From Zootoca vivipara (Eukaryota), in assembly GCF_963506605.1 (NCBI RefSeq), contig NC_083287.1, positions 49,228,001 to 49,292,000 of the forward strand: a stretch of DNA of 64,000 nucleotides, given 5' to 3'. This document shows, in pieces, positions 47,334-59,794 of the stretch (its first letter is position 1; each line of letters opens with the position of its first letter). A program made the translations under genes and the position numbers. Under the pieces are notes generated by a model. It did not search any database. It worked only from the letters and a program-made list of their open reading frames with translations, and had not been told where the DNA came from.

Positions 47334-49263
47334 TTTCTACCAAGTGGACTGGTTGAGGAGAGACAGAATGACCCACCCCTCCCTTCTCCACTAGCCTTCT
47401 GCATGTCCATGCTGGTCTTAGAGAAAGGGCTCATTCCTCCTCAGCAGCCAGCATAGAACATGTTCCACTGATCCTGGCCCAACTGCACTGGCTGCCAATA
47501 GTTTCCGGGCCCAATTCAAAGCGCTGGTTTTACTGGGCACAAGGGTGGGGTGCACACACATTTAAAAAATGCACATTCTGTTTCCAAGCAACAGGTCTCA
47601 TTTCCCAGGTATTTGTCTCTGCTGGGTCCTTAGGCAGGGTAGACGTGCATAAGGGTTCAGATATTCATGTGTAGCAAAACTTCTTAACAGCAGGAGACCA
47701 GAGCAGGATTTCTCACTAGTCTGAGCAACTTGGAGACTCTGCTTCTGGATATTGACCTCTTCTTGCTTTTATCACATGGGATAGACTTGCACTGTGCAGG
47801 GGGCTAATCCTCTAGGAAAGTTAATTCGAATGGCTGGGCACTTCATTGTTTATGATCAGCTTAAGAAGGGGCTTGAGACTGACTGCTTAGGCCTTTAAAA
47901 CATTGCTGGCTCCACTTCCTAGAAAGAACAAAAGAGCCTTTATTGTCTGCAGAAGACCATAGCACTCCTAATCATTTTGGATTTGGCCCCACAAAACAGG
48001 AATCAGAAGTAGTCTTATCCTCTCTCCATTTAAAACTTAATAAGGTTGTTTATTTTGTTTGTAAACATAAATAGTGGTTTTGTCCAAAACCTTTTGCCTC
48101 TTGAAAGCAAAACAAGGCAGGATCAAATGCATATATTTTTTTATACCTCTTTTATTTCGTTCCAGCTGCAATTGAAGCTTGCCGTGGGAGTCTAAATGCT
48201 TATTCACCAAGTGAAAAAGAAGCCAGATTAGCCAGAGGTAATGTTTGTTCAGTCAAAACTTCAGATGCAAGGGAAATACTCATAATACTGTTGTTATAGC
48301 TGTCAAGTGAGAGGACAAAAATTTCTCTAGACTCTTGTAATTCAATAGCTAAAAGATCTTTCTTCAGTGAGCACTGTTGGCTGAAAGGTGCTTCCTTAAA
48401 TTAGTATTGATGGCTTTTGATGACTGGTGGCAGCTTGCTACTGAACACACACTAGTTGTTTTGGTGGGAATTTGACAGAAACAGTTGGAGAGAAGCTAGT
48501 GAAGGAGGCAGAAATCACATTTTGTTTTCCACCAGTTAAATGCTAAAGAGCCTTGTATGGGAGGGTTTCAAATGACATGTTATTTGTTATGGGGGAAACC
48601 AACATGGGTTAAAATCCAGCAGTATCGGTCTTGGCTGTTGCCTGCTTCTTCATGTTCATTTCCTATTTTTGTAAATATAATATTACAATAAAAGATAATT
48701 GAGATTGTTCTCTCACAAGGAAACTGATCCTTTACAGGGCTGCCCCTGAAACTTCCTACTATTTGGTGAAATGGGAGCAAACCCCTGTTTTATTATATCG
48801 ATGGCTGAAATAGCAATATCCAGCCTTTAACGCCCAGCACTGCATGAATAGAACAGTGAGTAATCAGGGTAGACAGCCAGCTATATCAGATTGGAGCTAC
48901 AGATTAGTACACTAAAGCATACATTTTATTTGCAGGGCTGATTTATGGCATGGACCTATGAGCCACTGCATGACACGGTTATTCAGACTCGCTGCTTGGA
49001 TATGTGTTCCTGACTTCCTGACCTGGAATGAAGCACAGCTGGGACTAATTTGGCTGCCTTGTCCTCCTGGCCCTCCAGCCTCTCAGTGGCTCCTGCAAAA
49101 TAAAGCAGGATGAAGAAGAGGCCATTGGTAGATTCATCAGCAGGCTGTGCTCAGAGCACCCCAGTTGCCCCATTAACCAGCCTAGTCCACCCACCTGGTT
49201 TGGAATGAAGTTGAACGTAGTCATCAGGGTTAGCAGCCTTCTTCTCCATTAATTCCTCTAGAC

Positions 49264-49399
49264 CAGGCATCCCCAAACTGCGGCCCTCCAGATGTTTGGG
49301 CCTACAACTCCCATGATCCCTAGCTAACAGGACCAGTGGTCGGGGAAGATGGGAATTGTAGTCCAAAACATCTGGAGGGCCGAAGTTTGGGGATGCCTG
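49264..49399. mobile_element. hAT 136-bp MITE
   Basis: CAGGCATCCCCAAACT TIRs; perfect TSD CTCTAGAC. Confidence 0.92.
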
Positions 49400-49407
49400 C
49401 TCTAGAC

Positions 49408-49543
49408 CAGGCACAGGCAACCTTGGCTCTCCAGATGTTTTGGAACTACAACTCCCATGATCCCTGACCACTGGCCCTGTTAGCTAGCGATCATGGGAGT
49501 TGTAGTTCCAAAACATCTGGCGAGCCAAGGTTGCCTATGCCTG
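49408..49543. mobile_element. hAT 136-bp MITE, sister subfamily
   Basis: CAGGCACAGGCAACC/GGTTGCCTATGCCTG TIRs; TSD CTCTAGAC/GTCTAGAC. Confidence 0.9.
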
Positions 49544-49823
49544 GTCTAGACTAATCCTCTTTAAAAGTCCTTAAAGTTGGTGGCCATCACTGCCTCTTTA
49601 ACTATGCCATGGACAAATTAACTCCTGAATCTTCCAACATTCAACTTCTTTGGATGTTCCCGAGTTCTAGTATAACGAGGGAGGGATAAACACTTTTCAT
49701 TATACACTTTCTTTGCACCATGCATAATTTTATACACCTCTACGTATGTCACCTCTTATTTTTTTAATTCTGTATGAAAATTCACTTTGTATGCAGATAG
49801 TTCTTCTAGGTTTAATTCCCAGA

Positions 49824-50624
49824 ACTGTGTTGTTGGCATCTGCCTGTTGGCATCTGACTGTGTTGTTGGCATCTGCCTGTCTTGAGAGACAACGGAGTGT
49901 GCCTCCGAGGTGAAGTCAAACCGCTGCATTAGCAGCACCCAAGTGACCTCCCCGGGGTACAAGTCTGGACAGTGTGTATGGAGCTCCTGGGCTGCCCAGG
50001 GAGCAGAAAACAACAACAAAACCCTCTTGGCCTGGCTGGTGTGGTCCAAAGGAAAGCAGAGAAATCTGTTTGGCACCAGCTTGGCTACAGGAATTGCCGG
50101 AAGGAAGTGTTCAAGGTGCCATCCAACCTTCTTAGGGACTCCGTTCTGGATTTGTAGGGGTTTACTCCTTAGCCTTTTCTTCTGAAGACATCCCACAAAG
50201 CAGCGGAGGTTTAGCATCAGAGTCTTCCTTCTCCCAGATGGGCTACCTTCCCAGGTTGACGAGCCCCATCTGCCCCTCACTTCCCTCTACAGTTCATGCA
50301 GAAACCACCTTCTTGACCGATGGACCCACCATTGGTCTTGTTCGGTCAATCCGCCTGAGCCTGTCTTCACGTGTAAAGAGCCTGTCTTCACGTCTTCACC
50401 CTAACTCACTGAGGGTTTGAGACCCATTGGCTACCTTCACCTGGTTTAGCCAGTCAGTTAAAGCCATTCCTGGAGTGTGGCCACCGTCACATGGTGACAG
50501 CTTCTAGGAGCCATAGGTGAGAGCTGAGTGCAGGGTGGGGACCAAAGGTGGACAGTCTACCCCAGAAGGAGCATGACATGACCCCCACCAGAGGTACTAC
50601 CTAACCCCTAACACCCCATACCCC
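49824..50624 (-). mobile_element. Non-autonomous RTE-clade (AviRTE-like) element
   Basis: Minus-strand 3' end GTCTCTCAAGACAGGCAGATGCCAACAAC and internal CCATCTGGGAGAAGGAAGACTC motif resemble RTE termini and 5' UTR as recalled; no RT ORF. Confidence 0.55.
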
Positions 50625-51433
50625 AAGAAAACTACTGTGCAGTGCAACCCTGCAGAGTGGCTGCCAATCAGAGAAGGCAACACTGAGCTAGACTGACACA
50701 TCTGATAAAGCCCAAGTTCTGATCCAGCCAAAGCTTCTCTTGCTCATCTTCACACTCCCCATTGTCCTCACGTCTTGCCTTCCTAGGAATTCCATATTGT
50801 GTGGGGTAACAGCTGTTCCTTTAGCACCTTGAGATACAAAACTTTCCATATCACTTATATACCACAAGGCATTGTGCATTTCCAAGAATCTGTTGCCGAG
50901 AAGTTTAAATCCTAGTAAAAACAGCAAAGAGTCTTGCGGCACTCTTTGTGCTGCAGATACTACTAGTTTCTGCTCTTTAATTCAGCTTTCTTTAGGACCT
51001 TGTAGAAATCTGAGGGGTGGTATTTGATCCCCCGCAGAGCGTGAAAAGACGGACAAGTTATGCTCTGCACAACTGCATTAATCTAAGAAACAGTGAAAAA
51101 GTTTTGGGGGAGAACTGGGTAAAAGGAGAGAGAAAGAGAGAGAGGTTTCGGAGTCCTGCAGGGATCTTGGCAAGCAGTTCAGATGAGCCTTCTTCACACA
51201 CAACTGAAGGGGGTAAGAACAGGAGACAAAAGGCAGCTAGTCTCTCTAAACAGGAAGACTTTTAAAAACCTTTTTCTCTCTCTCTCTGCAGTGCTGCAGC
51301 AGCCGCCCCAATGAATTATGCTAAACTCAGACTCAGGATCTGCATAGACACCTTCTTATTACGATGCAAAAAGCCACTGGAGAAAGTTAGGATTTAGTAA
51401 CTGCCGGGCAAAACTATTTTGCTCCATTAACCC

Positions 51434-51576
51434 NNNNNNNNNNNNNNNNNNNNNNNNNNNNNNNNNNNNNNNNNNNNNNNNNNNNNNNNNNNNNNNNNNN
51501 NNNNNNNNNNNNNNNNNNNNNNNNNNNNNNNNNNNNNNNNNNNNNNNNNNNNNNNNNNNNNNNNNNNNNNNNNNNN
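51434..51576. other. Assembly gap (143 N)
   Basis: Run of N flanked by C tracts, upstream of WDR86. Confidence 1.
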
Positions 51577-52439
51577 CCCCTTATCATGGAAGGAAATGAG
51601 ATCTGCCTGGAAATGAGTTTTGCGGTTACTAGATTGGTTTGCTCTCTGGAGTTTGTGTCCTCTAGGATTTTTCCTTCCACCCCCCCTGGAACAATGTGAA
51701 GAAGCCTGATCCTACAGCCTGGATCCCTGCACTTTCTGATTTTAATTTTTTTTTTTGCTTGTTCGCCTGGCCGTAGTTTGTGCGTAAAAAGATAACATTT
51801 TTGGATGAAGCTTCTCTGAAGGCGAAAGGGGGTGTGCGGCGTGTTTGCTGATTTGGCTTCTCTCCAACGACACCAGAGATCATGAGCAAGAGGATTTCCC
51901 CTTGGGATGGGGACTTGAACTGAAGTAAGCCAGCAACAACTCTCGTGGGCTGTGTCCACATGTAATAATTATAATTTTTTTGAAAATCTGGGAGATTGCT
52001 AGGCGGAAACATAGGAATGGTGCCGTGTGGGAGAGCTGGGGCTGTGCAGATTTGATTTGCCTTATTGTTTAGAAAATGAATTATGGTGTAGCTTTGTGGA
52101 GAAATGGACAAGAGGCGCAAGGGAGATGTGACTCCCTGCTGGTGGGAAAACTTGCCCAGTTGGTATGGATGCTTCTCTCTGGGGACTTTTCACAGAGATT
52201 GCTGTGGGGGCTCTTTCTGAGGGAGGAAGGCAGGCACAGCTGGGGTCATGGGGGGTCACCATGTGGGGCTAATTCACACCCTTGTATCCTGCTCCCTCAT
52301 GATATTAAGACCGGCCTCACCAATCTGGCTCAGACAGAAACCCCTCCTCATTCCTACACAAAAAGACCCACTCCCCACTGAAGGGGTCTTGGGAAGGCAC
52401 CCAACGTGTGACACCCAAGGGGAAGTTCGTTGAGGGAAG

Positions 52440-53230
52440 AGGCAGCCCAATAAAAAACCCAAACGCCGTCGAGTCATGGGGAGTTGTGTGACTGGAGAGG
52501 AGAGCGATGTGTGCTGACTTTTTTTTTTTTACACGAGGAGGGGGTTTCTTCTTTCTTTCCTCAGGATAGGAAAAATAAATACATTTCGTGCGTGTTTGTG
52601 TGGCGGTGGCGAGGGAAACAGCGGAGTTATAGGGGAGCCTTAGGGGGGGGGTCCTGAGGGGAACTTATGAGAAAGCAAGAATGCTGTGAGGAGCGGGGCT
52701 GCGTGAGGGGGGACAGGAAACAAAAGCGGAGAGGAGGATTGCAGGCATATCTGCGGGGCGCGCGCGAAGGAAACAGGAGAGACGTGGGGGGTGGGCGCTG
52801 CGGATTTGGGTCGGGGGCGTTGCTAGTTGTGTGTGCGCGCGTCCCCCCTTTTTTTCTTCAGACTGGGGTGGGGGAGCGGGCAGGATCTGCTCCGCATCCT
52901 GTGGGCGAGGGTTACAGACAGAGCCCTGAAGCTTCTCTTTCTTTTTGTTTAAAGAGGGGCCGTGAGGGAAGTCGGAAGGGGGGGTCTTTTTAGAGGAGGC
53001 GAGGGAAGCCTCAGCCCACCCAGACATGGTGGGGTGGGGAGGCGGTGGCGTGAGGGAAGCAGCGCAGACATGGTTATGGGGAGGAGTTGGCTGTCTCCCT
53101 TCCTGGGCGAGGCAGGCGAAAGGGGTCTTGGCTGCTCCCGGAGTTTTCCCGCCCTCGAAGGGGTCCATTTCTCTCCACCACCACCCCGCCCCCATTTAGG
53201 AAGGTTGATATCCTGCGGTCAAAGGGGGAA
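52440..53230. promoter_or_regulatory. CpG-rich island, probable WDR86 promoter region
   Basis: GC- and CpG-dense stretch (GGGGCGCGCGCG, GGGCGGGG-type GC boxes) about 3 kb upstream of the WDR86 ATG; no recognisable transposon termini. Confidence 0.6.
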
Positions 53231-53599
53231 GCGATTCCATAAGGAAGACCTTTTTCGGGTTGCTTCTCCCCAGGCCAACCCCTTGGACTTGGAAACTAGA
53301 AAGGCGCTTTCACACCTGAGGCTTGGGCTGCAATCCTGTACTCTTTAAGAGTTAGGAATAACGCCCCGCTGAGTTTAATGGGTTTGCCTATTGAGAAAAC
53401 ATGCACAGGACTGTGGCATTAAATTGAGGTTTTAGGGGATACGTGAGATGGAATATAAAATATCTGCACCACACCACCTTGGGCATGGGCTCAATTTTGA
53501 AGTAATTTTGATTTTAAAAATTAAAGGCCTTCATGTAGGGCAGGGATCGGGGCACTTGTGGGCCTCCAGATGGGAGTCCATAATCCCTAGCTAGTGTGG

Positions 53600-53800
53600 T
53601 CTATCATGATGGGACCCTGAGAACCATCATGCTCCAACCATCTGCAATGCAATAATATGCAGTTGCCCCATACAGGGATCAAACCTGCGAACTTGACGTT
53701 ATCAGCACCGTGGTCTAACCAACACATAAATAGCACACGAGGCAGCCTCAAAGGCAGTGTTGGTGTTGCACATAGAATCATAGAATTGTATAGCTGGAAG
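53600..53800 (-). mobile_element. Degenerate tRNA-derived SINE and CR1-type tail
   Basis: Minus strand GTTGGTTAGACCACGGTGCTGATAACG...GGTTTGATCCC resembles a tRNA head with a B box. Confidence 0.55.
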
Positions 53801-56098
53801 GGACTGTGCAATTATTGCTGCACCACTAGGAAAACCCTCCTCATAGCTGCACGTATATTACATCTCTGTTCTTAGAGTGGATGCAAGAATCAAGGCTTTG
53901 AATATAATTTATAGCAGGAGCGGCTAAACTCTGTCCCTCCGGACTACAACACTCATTATCCCTGGCCATTGGCCTTGAGCGTTGGGAGTCCACCAGCATT
54001 CGGAGGGCCACATGTTAGCCTCTCCTGGCCCTATATTTTAAACTTCTTTACTGTAAATTGCATTGTGGGTTATTTTTAAATGAAAGGCAGCATATAAATA
54101 CTGTAAGAAAGTAAATAAACGTGGCTTGAGGAGGAATGTGCCAAGCTTCACCCTGTGGCCAGTTTTCATATTGACCCAGGCTGCATTCAAGATAATAGGA
54201 GCGGTTCAGGAACACAGGGCCCAGGAAGCTGCCTTATACAGAGCCAGACCATTGGCTCATCTTGCTCAGTATTGTCTGCACTGACTGGCAGCAGCTCTCT
54301 AGGATTTCAGACATGAGTCTTTCCTATCCTTATCTGGAGATGCTGAGGATTGAACCAGCCCCTCCCTCAGGGGAATAAATTACTGCCATATGATGGAATG
54401 AAAAGATGGATGGACCCTTATCTGTATGTTTTCCTTTTGCCGCTTCTTCTGGCTGCTGAAATAGGGCTGCCAGGTGCTTCACAATTTACTGTTTTATCTT
54501 TGCCAATCCCAGGCAGGAAGCAAAACTAGGAAGTGTATTGAGTTCTTGATGGGCTGTGATAGATTTTGCTGGCAGGCTGTGTTTGGCTTCCTGGGTCACA
54601 AATTGTGTAGGCAGAGTTTGCTATGACAGGCTTCCCTTTGGCTTCGAGATATTAGCCCGGGCAGCCTTGTGCAGATTAAAGACAAACCCCATGGTATCTA
54701 GAGACTATTTTCTCTTGCGAATTGGATCAAGGAGTTGGGGAGACACTTGCTGGGATAAATACTTGCTACCCGTGCTGCCCTCCCACTGAGATTTATTGCA
54801 GAAATGGTTTTGTATGTGTGTTTCCACAAAGGAATATACTACGGTAATCTGAGGCAGCTCTGTGCCCCCCCCCCGGCCCACATATTTTCAGTATCCTTTA
54901 ACCTTTGCCAAAGAATTGCAAGCATTTTGAAAACCTGGATTTTTGAAGCAGGATAAGTGAATGCAAACTAAGGATATGCATAATATTTGCAATGTCTATT
55001 CTGGTCACAGAATTTGATTTTCTTTGGCACAACCTTAGCGCAGCCTTGGCTTTTATTGAAATGACAGCAGCTAGCGTCAAAATAATTTGTCTTCCCTTTA
55101 GCTTTTGGACACTTGTGAGTAGCAACCACTATTTTGTGGTGAGGGAGATCAAGGAAAAACATATGGAATAAGCTACAGAGTTTGTTGCTTGAACTCTTAG
55201 CCATAACTATAGCCCTCCATTCTCCAAGGTGATGTAGGTGCATCATTCAATATAAGTTTGCCTAAACTCGGCAGGGCAGCTTCCGAGACTCCAGATTGCT
55301 AAGGAACACTGGTAGCAAAGTCTACTCTCATTTTGCATCTGAGAAGAGGCATGCCCAGAGCAGTGAAAATCACAGACAGCAGGGAAGGGAAAGAAATTAT
55401 GTTGTTTGTCTGCATCTGATATGATTGCATGATCGGATCATTTAATCACACCTGATCAGCAGAATTACCTGTTCTCAAGGAAGGCATGCCCAGAGCCTCA
55501 GACAAGCCTCCTTTAGGCACAGTAAGTAGTTTGTCCAAGTCATACCAGAACGCTCTGGCATACAATTTGGGAATAACTGTAGTAGAATAATAGAATTGTG
55601 GAGTTCTTATTCTGTTTCAGCTGAAAGCTTACATGTGGAAAAACAGGGTCACTCCAGTGGGCTTTAGTCAAAAGTCTGGCCATGTTTTTAACCAGGCAAA
55701 GTTTCCAGATATTTTTCCAGGGTTTATTTTCCAGGGTTATTCTCATGTTACAATAAACAATGAAATGTTTAATATAATGAGTTTGCTCACGGGGGGTGGG
55801 GAGGCACAGGGGTTGGCCAGCTTAATGGTTACGCTTCTGGCTAATATGGCTGTGTGTCTGAGCAATCTACTGTAGTATCATTTGTTATCATGGTGTCGTT
55901 GCTCTTATCATTATTAATACATGTTTTTTTCCCCGTAGAGACCGCAACATCCCCCTGCTGTTTGTTTCTGCGCCAAAGATGATCCTTGACGTTAGCTTGA
56001 TGCAGCCTGCTGTTTTAAGGCCTACTCCTGATCCTTGTTTGGCTCGGACCCTATGAGACTCTCCGCCCCAGTTCCTGCCTTGTTGTGGAACCCGCAGG

Positions 56099-56261
56099 AT
56101 GGGGAGCAGTAGTTCAGCACTGAAAGTTTGCACTGAACACCAGGGAGGCATCAACTGGCTGAGCCTCAGCCCAGACGGCCAGTGGCTCCTGACAGGTAGT
56201 GAAGATGGCACTGCACGGCTCTGGAGCACTGCAGACAGCCAGTGCAGGGCCCATTTTCAAG
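56099..56261 (+). CDS. WDR86: WDR86 first coding exon (MGSSSSALKVCTEHQGGINWLSLSPDGQWLLTGSEDGTARLWSTADSQCRAHFQG)
   Basis: WD40 repeat matching the WDR86 N-terminus; GTAGGG donor at 56262. Confidence 0.95.
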
Positions 56262-56386
56262 GTAGGGGAAACCTTCCCTTAGCCACTGATTCTGGGGTGC
56301 AGCCTGTGGCAAACTTCCTCAGTCAAGATGGGAGCGGGGCAAAATGACCGCATCTGAGGTGATTTAACCTTGGTTACTCCCTGTCT

Positions 56387-56742
56387 GGGATGAGGGTGGC
56401 GCTGTGGGTAAAACCACAGACCCTAGGGCTTGCCGATCAGAAGGTCGGCGGTTCGAATCCCCGCAACGGGGTGAGCTCCCGTTGCTCGATCCCAGCTCCT
56501 GCCAACCTAGCAGTTCGAAAGCACCTCAAAGTGCAAGTAGATAAATAGGTACCGCTCCAAGCAGGAAGGTAAACGGCGTTTTCCTGTGCTGCTCTGGTTC
56601 GCCAGAAGCGGCTTTGTCATGCTGGCCACATGACCTGGAAGCTGTACACCGGCTCCCTCGGCCAATAAAGCGAGATGAGCGCCGCAACCCCAGAGTTGGT
56701 CATGACTGGATCTAATGGTCACAGGTCCCTTTCCCTTTCCCT
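56387..56742 (+). mobile_element. Sauria SINE, full length, in the WDR86 intron after the first coding exon
   Basis: Head, core and tail present; 13-bp TSD TTACTCCCTGTCT. Confidence 0.93.
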
Positions 56743-57200
56743 TTACTCCCTGTCTATGACAACTGAGAATTCAGGGATTATCGCTGATTGCAAGGAAGAA
56801 AACAAAGGCTAGCTATGTAAATGGATTAAAATTAATAGATGAGAAGATGATTAAAGAAGAATGAAGTAGCAACATCAGGAAGCAATGGACATATGTTTGT
56901 AACAGGAGCGGGAAACCTAATTACTTTAAAAATTTGTACTGTATTGAATTTAAATAATTTGGATTGATTTGTTAAGGAGAGCAATTGTCTGGGGGGGGGG
57001 AAGAGACCCTGCATAAGGACATATTTATATCACAGATTCAAAACAAGTTAAGCAGACATCTCTCCCTTTCCTGGCAATCCAGGGTATTGTAGTTCTTCAA
57101 GTGGTTGCAGATCTGTAGATAATTCCAGGCACTGACAATCACACCTCCCAGGAATCCTTTCAGGGAAGTCCTGACAGCCTAGCATAAGATCAGTACAAAG

Positions 57201-57336
57201 CAGGCATCCCCAAACTTTGGCCCTCCAGATGTTTTGGCCTACAACTCCCATGATCCCTAGCTAACAGGACCAGTGGTTGGGGAAGATGGGAATTGTAGTC
57301 CAAAACATCTGGAGGGCCGAAGTTTGGGGATGCCTG
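57201..57336. mobile_element. hAT 136-bp MITE
   Basis: CAGGCATCCCCAAACT TIRs; perfect TSD GTACAAAG. Confidence 0.92.
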
Positions 57337-57608
57337 GTACAAAGGTTCTTTCAGATCTGCCACAGTAATTGATTTAAGAGTGTGATGCAAACCTTCCTGT
57401 TATAAGACCAGAGAAGGGAAGCCTGTGGTCCTCCAGAGGTTGCAGGACTGCAGTCATCCCTGGACACTGGCTATGCTGCCCTGGGGCTGATGGGAGCCGA
57501 AATCCAACAACATCTGAATGTGGCTACATTCCTGTTACAAAAATCTCCTTTTGTAGTTTTTGGTAAATTTGTACTGATCGTTTTTAGTTCTGTATATTTT
57601 TTCCCCAG

Positions 57609-57750
57609 GACATGAAAGCTACATCACATTTTGCCACTTAGAAAATGAAGCTGCTTTTACATGTAGTGCGGATCACACAATTCGAAAGTGGGACGTGATG
57701 ACAGGCCAGTGCCTGGCAATTTACCGAGGGCACACATCGATTGTGAACAG
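57609..57750 (+). CDS. WDR86: WDR86 coding exon 2 (HESYITFCHLENEAAFTCSADHTIRKWDVMTGQCLAIYRGHTSIVNR)
   Basis: TTCCCCAG acceptor and GTATGT donor; GH...WD repeat; phases 1/2 are consistent with the flanking exons. Confidence 0.96.
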
Positions 57751-59005
57751 GTATGTACTACAGAGTCTTTTATTTAGAGCTGCCTTGATTTCTCCCCTGA
57801 CCCTGCATTCTCTGCTTGTCACAACCTGTAATCTGATGCTAGTTAGCTCCTCAGCTAACTTCCTCAGGTCCCCCATCCTTATTTCTGATTCTGTTCAAAA
57901 CTAGTTGTTTCCTCCCTATGCTGTATTGCACGAGTGGATTGCCTAAATTTCTGCTACACATGCTCTTGGCTGTATGCGATTAGTTATTCCAGCAAGAATG
58001 CTGATGCAGCCACAGCCTGGGCAAGAGAGACGGACAGAAGAACAAGGAAGAACTGAACCTAATCCTCTGCTGGGAATGAAATTGGCAACAGCCGCACCTG
58101 ATAGAGAGATTAAAAAGCATTGTGTTAAGCATACTTCTTAGTAGTAAAAGAAAGAAAGGGGGGGGGGAATACAGCTAAAGCTTTGTTTTAAGATTTGGAA
58201 TTTTGCCCTGCTGTTAATTACCCCCCAGAGAAGCTTAAACACAGACCTTGATTTGTTATGCTAAACGTGCATTATGTGTGCAAGCAAGAAAGGGTATTTT
58301 GTGTATGTGTCAGCTGCCAAATGTACTTCTCCTTTTTGCAAATGAAATTTCTAAATTAATTGGCAACCTAGGCTGGAATACAGAGGACCACCCTTAGGGC
58401 TACTATACTGTCTTTAGGGTTGGTCATCTGCAGTGTTCAGTTTTATTGCACCTGGGGAAATCTAGGGCTGTGACAAAGTTCACCTGTCCACATGGCCAAG
58501 CACTTCCATTACACAGCTGCACCACAATTTGTTTAGAAACAGCCACTATCTAGGAAACTATGGCGGGCATGCAACCATGGCTATTAGTGGATAAGGTTGA
58601 GAATTCAGCTGCCTCAGAATTTATTCTGACCCCATTTCAGTTAATCTAGATATACTGTAAATACGTCTCTGGAAAAGTAGCCGGGAATTCGAGGAACTAG
58701 CACAGTATTTTTTATTCCAGCAGGCTTCACAACTGAATTACGACATTACTGTATTTTTAAAACTCATTTTTAGTTTTATCCTACTGGATCTTCTGCACAC
58801 CACTTAGAGACGACTGTGATTAAGCAGTATGCAAATTGGAGGAATAAAAATATATTCATGTGGGGTACTATGTTTAGTTCTGCATACAGCAGTTCAGCTA
58901 ATAAAACTGAGAAAAAAGCTACAAGGATTATTAAGATTGCAATCTTATTTACCTGAGTGTAAGCCCCATTTAATTCTGTGGGACTTACTTTTCAGCAGAG
59001 ATGTA

Positions 59006-59248
59006 CAGTGGTACCTCTACTTACGAATTTAATGCGTTCCGAACACACATTTGTAAGTCGGAAAAATGTGTAAGTCGAATCCCATAGGAATGCATTGGGA
59101 GAAAAAATTCGTAAGTAGAAGCAACCCTATCTAAAAATTTGTAAGTAGAAAAAATCCTATCTAAACCGCATCCAAGATGGCGGACTGAGCTCCATTCATA
59201 AGTAGAAACATTCATAAGTAGAGTTATTCGTAAGTAGAGGTACCACTG
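59006..59248. mobile_element. Tigger-like MITE
   Basis: Long CAGTGGTACCTCTACTTACGAAT TIRs and TA TSD. Confidence 0.88.
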
Positions 59249-59361
59249 TATAGGATTGCATGCTGAGAGTCTAAAGCACAAACATTATAAGGGCAGGCAG
59301 AAGGAGCTGGGGAAAAAACTTCGAACTCTTTTGACATGTGGCTTATCCCCCCCCCCAACAG

Positions 59362-59794
59362 GATTCTGGTTTTCAAGGATTATCTCTTCAGTGGCTCCTA
59401 TGACAGGACAGCACGGTGCTGGAGTGTGGATAAGGAGAAGCCCATCCAAGAGTTTCGAGGCCACCGCAACTGTGTTCTGACATTGGCTCTTTACTCCTCC
59501 AAGGATGTCCTTGAGGATTCAGAAGAGGAAGAGCTGGAGGAGGAGAAATTGAGCAGGGGCTTCTTGGTGACAGGGAGCACAGACTGCACTGTCAAGGTCT
59601 GGTGGGTGTCCAGTGGGCGCTGCCACCAAACCCTGCTGGGACACACTGGGGCCGTCTTATGTCTTATACTTGATGCTCCAAACAGGGAGCTTTTTTCAGG
59701 CAGCACTGATTACACCATTCGGACTTGGAACATCGTGACTGGCGAGCAGCTAAGAGTGTTCAAAGAGCATCAAGGATCTGTCATTTGCCTAGAG
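59362..59794 (+). CDS. WDR86: WDR86 coding exon 3 (ILVFKDYLFSGSYDRTARCW...EHQGSVICLE); gene continues beyond the window
   Basis: CAACAG acceptor and GTAAGT donor; three WD40 repeats. Confidence 0.96.

Noticed and set aside
49756-50420. 174-aa and neighbouring ORFs
   Set aside because: They lie within the non-autonomous RTE-like element, show no RT or endonuclease motifs, and the longest runs past the element boundary.
52665-53348. Long overlapping ORFs (176, 108 and 128 aa)
   Set aside because: GC-rich island DNA is poor in stop codons; the translations are low-complexity with no recognisable domain.
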